Of a stretch of 64,000 nucleotides of DNA, positions 59,341 through 64,000 are shown piece after piece; position 1 is the first letter of the stretch; each line of letters begins with the position of its first letter. Both the position numbers and the translations under genes were made by a program. The notes under the pieces were generated by a model. It was given only the letters and a program-made list of their open reading frames with translations. It was not told the DNA's origin and searched no databases. This DNA comes from a virus, in IMG/VR virus record IMGVR_UViG_3300042987_002978, positions 32,001-96,000 of that record; one strand, 5' to 3'.

Positions 59341-61266
59341 ATGACATTGCTAGACCAATCCTTTGTGGACTCCTATTCCCAAAAACGCGCCCCATGGGGC
59401 TTCAACGGCATGGGTGAAATCGTTTTCTTGAGGACGTACAGTCGCAAGAAGGAGAACGGCGACAATGAGACTTGGACTGAGACTCTTCAGCGCGTGGTTA
59501 ACGGTGCTCACGAAATTGGAGTCGAGTACACGAAAGAGGAAGCAGAGGCGCTCTTCGACCACATGTTCAATCTGCGCTGCTCATTCTCCGGCCGAGCACT
59601 TTGGCAACTTGGAACGCCGCTCGTTCAGAAATTCAATGGGTCGTCGCTGAACAACTGCTACTTCACAAACATCGAAAAGATTGAGGATTTCGAACTGTTG
59701 TTTGAATACCTGATGCTGGGTGGCGGGGTCGGCTTCTCTGTTGAGCGAGCCAAGATTCACGACCTTCCCAAGGTCAAGTCTGGTGTAGCAATCACCCATG
59801 AGCGCAGCAACGACGCCGACATCATTGTCCCGGATTCGCGCCACGGTTGGAAGCGTCTGCTTCATGCTGTGCTGAAGTCATACTTTGAGACCGGCAAGTC
59901 TTTCTCTTACTCCACGATTCTCATCCGCGAGTATGGAGCGCCGCTCAAGACGTTCGGCGGTACTGCTTCTGGTCCTGGTGCTCTCATTGACGGCATCGCC
60001 GACATCTGCAAAGTTCTTGACGGACGAGTGGGCAAGAAACTCCGCTCAATCGACGTGTTGGACATCTGCAACATCATCGGCCGTATCGTCGTCTCTGGCT
60101 CTTCGCGTCGCTCTGCGCAGATTGCGATGGGCGACCCCGACGACGTACTATTCCTTCGTGCCAAGAATTGGGCTACCGGCTCGATTCCCGCATGGCGCGC
60201 GAACAGTAACAACAGCATCTACGCAGATTCGTACGACGAAATCATGCCAGAACTCTGGAAGGGCTACGACGGCTCTGGTGAGCCGTACGGCCTGCTTAAT
60301 CGAAAGTTGGCTCGCAGCGTCGGTCGCCTTGGCGAGAAGAACCCGGACCCTTCAATCGAGGGTTTCAACCCGTGCGCAGAAATTGCGTTGGCTGACGGAG
60401 AATCGTGCAACTTGGCGACCATCTATCTCCCGAACGTCGAGAGTCTTGAACAACTGAAGGAAATTTCTATCCTTCTCTACAAGGTCCAAAAGCAAATCAC
60501 GCGCTTGACCTACCCTTACGAGAAGACGACAAACATCGTCAAGAAGAACGCACGATTGGGTCAAAATGTGACCGGAATCTTGCAGGTTTCCGCGGACAAG
60601 ATTGAGTGGTTGGACGAGGCATACAAGAACCTTGCGGCCTTCGACAAGAAATACTCGAAGGAAAAGGGTTGGCCGACATCGGTCCGTCTGACCACAGTTC
60701 AGCCGTCAGGAACCCTGTCATTGCTGCCCGGAGTCACCCCAGGAATCCACCCTGCTTTTGCGCAGTACTACGTGCGTCGCGTGCGCTTCGGCTCCGCTGA
60801 CCCGCTCGTGGATGCTTGCCGCCGTCGCGGCTACAAGGTCCAGTGGGACATCGGCCTGGACGGTCGCGAGGACCACACGCGTTATGTCGTGGACTTCCCG
60901 TGCATGTCGCCGGAAGGCTCGGTCCTTGCTACCTCAATGACTGCAGTGGAGCAGTTGGAGTGGGTCAAGACGATGCAGACCGTCTGGGCGGACAATGCCG
61001 TTTCGGTGACTGTGTATTACCGCAAAGAGGAACTGCCCTCAATCAAAGAGTGGCTGGAAAAGAATTATGACGACGGGGTCAAGTCCGTGTCGTTCTTGCT
61101 CCACAGCGACCACAACTTCCCGCTTCCTCCGTACGAAGCGTGCTCAAAAGAGGACTATGAAAAGATGCTCGCAAGCATTGACTTCACCGTTCCACTTCAG
61201 CAGAAGTCGTTCGACGGTGAACTGGACTTGGACGCCTGCGCAACGGGCGCTTGCCCAATCAAGTAG
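59341..61266 (+). CDS. nrdJ: Class II (adenosylcobalamin-dependent, monomeric RTPR-type) ribonucleotide reductase
   Basis: RTYSR, GRALW, SLNNC, LMLGGGVG, RRSA, NPCAEI, ESCNL, QPSGT, C-terminal CATGACPIK. Confidence 0.95.
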   Translation: MTLLDQSFVDSYSQKRAPWGFNGMGEIVFLRTYSRKKENGDNETWTETLQRVVNGAHEIGVEYTKEEAEALFDHMFNLRCSFSGRALWQLGTPLVQKFNGSSLNNCYFTNIEKIEDFELLFEYLMLGGGVGFSVERAKIHDLPKVKSGVAITHERSNDADIIVPDSRHGWKRLLHAVLKSYFETGKSFSYSTILIREYGAPLKTFGGTASGPGALIDGIADICKVLDGRVGKKLRSIDVLDICNIIGRIVVSGSSRRSAQIAMGDPDDVLFLRAKNWATGSIPAWRANSNNSIYADSYDEIMPELWKGYDGSGEPYGLLNRKLARSVGRLGEKNPDPSIEGFNPCAEIALADGESCNLATIYLPNVESLEQLKEISILLYKVQKQITRLTYPYEKTTNIVKKNARLGQNVTGILQVSADKIEWLDEAYKNLAAFDKKYSKEKGWPTSVRLTTVQPSGTLSLLPGVTPGIHPAFAQYYVRRVRFGSADPLVDACRRRGYKVQWDIGLDGREDHTRYVVDFPCMSPEGSVLATSMTAVEQLEWVKTMQTVWADNAVSVTVYYRKEELPSIKEWLEKNYDDGVKSVSFLLHSDHNFPLPPYEACSKEDYEKMLASIDFTVPLQQKSFDGELDLDACATGACPIK

Positions 61267-62421
61267 TTACGGACGACCTGGCGAATAGCGCTGGGGAATC
61301 CACATCAACTGGTTGCCGGTGTTGACGCAAACATACGGAACGCCGTAGAAACGCGTGCGTTCGGCCGGGTTGGAGCACGACAATTCCAATGGCTGCGGTT
61401 GTGGTGTAGCGGTGGTGGTTGTGACCCTCTGAACGACTGTCGTCGTCGTGACAACAGTGGTCGGTACTGGAGTCACGACGGTCGTTGTCGTGGTCGGCGC
61501 AACTGGCTGATTTGAAAAATACGAATAGGCGAGAAGGTTTGGGCTTCCTGCGCCAATATTGAACAATGCGCCGGCGGTGGCGTTTGCTTTAAGTCTTTCC
61601 TCGACCTGCGACTGAGTCAACGATGGATTTTCCTGCAGCATGAGCGCAGCGATACCGCTAACGATTGGTGCTGCATTTGATGTGCCGCTGCTCGAACGGT
61701 AGACGTTCGTTCCGCCTGTCCACGCACCGACAAGGTCCCAGCCCGGAGCAAACAAGTCGACACATGTGCCGAAATTCGATTGAGTGCCGCGCAGTTCTGT
61801 CTTGTCTGTTCCGCCGACAGAAATGATTGACGGCTCTGACGCGGGCGAGTACAAACAGGCATCTTTTGCTTGGTTGCCTGCAGCACCTACGACGATGAGG
61901 CCATCAGCAATCAGTCTGCGTACTGCTTCGTTGAATGCTTCTGATTTCGGCATTCCCACGCTCATATTCACAACTGCCGGAACTCCGGCTTGGTGATGCT
62001 CGATAATCCAGTCGAAAGCGGGATAAAGAGTCGCGCTGGAGGAGTTGCTGTTACTGCAATTCAGCACACGAACAGGAATGAGTCTCACGTTCTTCGCCAC
62101 ACCATACGTCTTGCCACCAACAAGACTTGCCGTGTGTGTCCCGTGACCGGCGCAGTCTTCCGAGCCAAGTCCGTCTGTTATGACACTGAAACCTGCGTCT
62201 ACTCGACCTTCAAAGTCTTCGTGGATGGAGTTTATTCCAGAATCGAACACGTACACATTCACACCAGCGCCAGTGAGGTTGTAGGTGTACGTATCGTTTA
62301 GCGCAGCGTCTCTCTGGTCGATTCTGTCCAAACCCCATGTGGGTCGATAACCGTTGTCATTTACAAGAGGCTGGGAGACCAGCGATGTGGCAGCGACGAA
62401 TATTGACAGTATGTATTTCAT
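61267..62421 (-). CDS. Secreted subtilisin-like S8 protease (aqualysin/proteinase K type)
   Basis: WGLDRIDQR, VFDSG, HGTH, AAGN, GTSNAAP catalytic triad; Thr-rich linker; C-terminal small Cys domain. Confidence 0.93.
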   Translation of the reverse strand: MKYILSIFVAATSLVSQPLVNDNGYRPTWGLDRIDQRDAALNDTYTYNLTGAGVNVYVFDSGINSIHEDFEGRVDAGFSVITDGLGSEDCAGHGTHTASLVGGKTYGVAKNVRLIPVRVLNCSNSNSSSATLYPAFDWIIEHHQAGVPAVVNMSVGMPKSEAFNEAVRRLIADGLIVVGAAGNQAKDACLYSPASEPSIISVGGTDKTELRGTQSNFGTCVDLFAPGWDLVGAWTGGTNVYRSSSGTSNAAPIVSGIAALMLQENPSLTQSQVEERLKANATAGALFNIGAGSPNLLAYSYFSNQPVAPTTTTTVVTPVPTTVVTTTTVVQRVTTTTATPQPQPLELSCSNPAERTRFYGVPYVCVNTGNQLMWIPQRYSPGRP

Positions 62422-62459
62422 TTGGTTTAACCTTTCAATTGGTTAAACCATTGTACCGC

Positions 62460-63035
62460 CTATTTGGCGTTGCGGCACAAAATTGCAAAATGCCATTTCC
62501 AGTGGCCCACAATCGGCCAAGGAATGCCGTCGTTCAGCCACCCCTTCATGTGGGGGCTCTGCGGAATGACGTTGAAAACATCGATTATTTCGCTGAAACC
62601 AGTACTGGAAAGTAATTTTGCGACTCTGTCGTTGTGGCAATTCCAATGGTGATGCGCTCCGTCCCACCAGTCATATTCTCTTCCTGGCTGCAGATTTAAA
62701 TCCTGATGTTCTAGCGCTGCCAACAAAATATGCCTTGGTTCTTGGCCCGTCGCATATCTATCGATTGTTCTGAAAATGTCAGGTCCGCAAACCAAGAATT
62801 GGGCGTTTGGTTTGGCAACCCGTTTCATATCGTAAAGAAATGCCGGCACTTCCTTCCACGGAATGTGCTCAAGAACATGTCCAAGAAATACGGCGTCAAA
62901 AGTGTCATCTTCGAATGGATACGGCTGACCAGGCTCAACCCTTATGTCCGGCTTTGTCTCGTCGTTTTCCCAGACGTCGGTGTTGACCCAACCCTGCGCG
63001 TAGTGCGTTCCACACCCTGCGTTAAGAAATTTCAT
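62460..63035 (-). CDS. Class I SAM-dependent methyltransferase
   Basis: LNAGCG..GWVNTD, PFEDDTFD, HVLEH, RVAKP. Confidence 0.88.
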   Translation of the reverse strand: MKFLNAGCGTHYAQGWVNTDVWENDETKPDIRVEPGQPYPFEDDTFDAVFLGHVLEHIPWKEVPAFLYDMKRVAKPNAQFLVCGPDIFRTIDRYATGQEPRHILLAALEHQDLNLQPGREYDWWDGAHHHWNCHNDRVAKLLSSTGFSEIIDVFNVIPQSPHMKGWLNDGIPWPIVGHWKWHFAILCRNAK

Positions 63036-63316
63036 TTCTTCTTTCTAGCAGCAACTTTCTTGGTTGTGCGGGACTGTTTCGGCGCGTGCCAAACGGTCTC
63101 GTGGTGGGAAATTGCCTCGCGGACCGCGTCAATCTTCTCGCCGAGTTCCCTGACCGACTGAAGCATTTCGCTTTTTGCGTCGTCAACCTTGTCCCCAAGG
63201 GCATTGTGGTCAGCAGTGTTCTTTTTATATGCCCAAACTGCCGCACCCCAAGTAACGGCAAACGCCAGGGTCACTCCAAAATTTGTGTTGAGAAAATCGT
63301 CGAGCGTCATACTCAC
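63032..63316 (-). CDS. Single-TM coiled-coil membrane protein
   Basis: N-terminal TM, then a coiled coil ending H...H; GTGA coupling. Confidence 0.65.
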   Translation of the reverse strand: MSMTLDDFLNTNFGVTLAFAVTWGAAVWAYKKNTADHNALGDKVDDAKSEMLQSVRELGEKIDAVREAISHHETVWHAPKQSRTTKKVAARKKK

Positions 63317-63423
63317 TCAACCTCGCATGTGCACGTGACACAATGGCATTTTTTGCTGCTCATCAATTTGCCGCATGTAAAGGCGACTGCTGCCAAAAGC
63401 ACGCATCCGATGATACTAAGCAT
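63313..63423 (-). CDS. Tiny TM peptide with Cys-rich tail (36 aa)
   Basis: Hand-translated MLSIIGCVLLAAVAFTCGKLMSSKKCHCVTCTCEVE; overlaps both neighbours. Confidence 0.5.
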   Translation of the reverse strand: MLSIIGCVLLAAVAFTCGKLMSSKKCHCVTCTCEVE

Positions 63424-63691
63424 TTGTGCTCTCCTCTGTCGGTGATTGTTCTTTGTTGCGACCAGTTGAAATCATCAGGCCTGCGAGCGTACCCGTAATG
63501 AAGGTCGCCACCGACGACAACACCCCGAAAAACATCTTGTCATTTTCTGCCTGAACGCCGATGGGCTGAGCAACGAAGACCAAGGCGTAGAGAACGCCGA
63601 TGGTAGTGATGGTGAGAACTCCGCCAAGAATGCAGCCAACAACGAACTTAAGTCTTGCATCTAGTTCCTCTGGTGTCATGCGGTTGCTCAC
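63416..63691 (-). CDS. Two-TM membrane protein
   Basis: LDARLKF..G..L...LYALVFV.QPI..QAEND..FF...ATFITG.LAG; GTGA overlap with the lipoprotein stop. Confidence 0.7.
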   Translation of the reverse strand: MSNRMTPEELDARLKFVVGCILGGVLTITTIGVLYALVFVAQPIGVQAENDKMFFGVLSSVATFITGTLAGLMISTGRNKEQSPTEESTNA

Positions 63692-63885
63692 GGTTGCTCC
63701 TCTTCGTAACCAACCAAGTCCTTCCAGCAGTCCCCGTTGACGTTGCACATCGGGGGATTGCATTCTGGATTTTCCCAATTCTCTGGGTCTTGGCACTCGT
63801 AACGATAACTTCCCTGATAACCGCACGCAGAGAGGGCGACAACACCGAGAGTGGCGAGAGTGAGTGCGATAACCCGTCTTTTCAT
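63688..63885 (-). CDS. Small Cys-rich lipoprotein
   Basis: Lipobox LSAC; RYECQDPENW..ECNPP.C...G.C. Confidence 0.8.
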   Translation of the reverse strand: MKRRVIALTLATLGVVALSACGYQGSYRYECQDPENWENPECNPPMCNVNGDCWKDLVGYEEEQP

Positions 63886-64000
63886 GCGGGTCATTCTGAC
63901 TTGACGAAATCGAATAGAAGTAGTTCTCATGACCACCCCATCTATCGCTAACGAGCGGCGAAGAACCCGCGAGTTCTTGTCAATGGGGTGGAACGTTTGG

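Overview
This 64 kb window is part of a tailed dsDNA phage genome (siphovirus-type: HK97 capsid, long tape measure, no tail sheath gene seen). The host is probably an actinobacterium, judged from the SSB type and many leaderless TANNNT-N6/7-ATG starts. Almost everything is on the minus strand. In transcription order (right to left): small membrane/lipoprotein genes, a methyltransferase and a secreted subtilisin; class II RNR (+ strand); MazG, nucleases, Nmad1 and SSB; portal, a multidomain prohead protease, a scaffold-like protein, a phosphoesterase insert and the major capsid protein; head-tail connectors; a ~29 kb insert holding a hierarchical fibre/adhesin array, tailoring enzymes (carbamoyltransferase, 2OG-Fe(II) oxygenases, glycosyltransferases), a C-type-lectin surface protein, a SMARCAL1-like helicase and the lysis genes; then major tail protein, frameshifted chaperone, tape measure, Dit and a tail-tip protein ending in Cys-rich minidomains on (PVT)n/(PPVT)n stalks. 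Two patterns stand out. (1) A module occurs twice: Cys-rich virion tip + 'LAAAL..NP..WTY' protein + small CxxC..CxxCxC..CP.xKW protein + hydroxylases/glycosyltransferases, which looks like a dedicated maturation/decoration system. (2) An apparent plug-and-socket code of matched N-terminal leaders, adaptors and chaperones organises the adhesins. All family assignments come from motif recognition by eye; no database searches were run.
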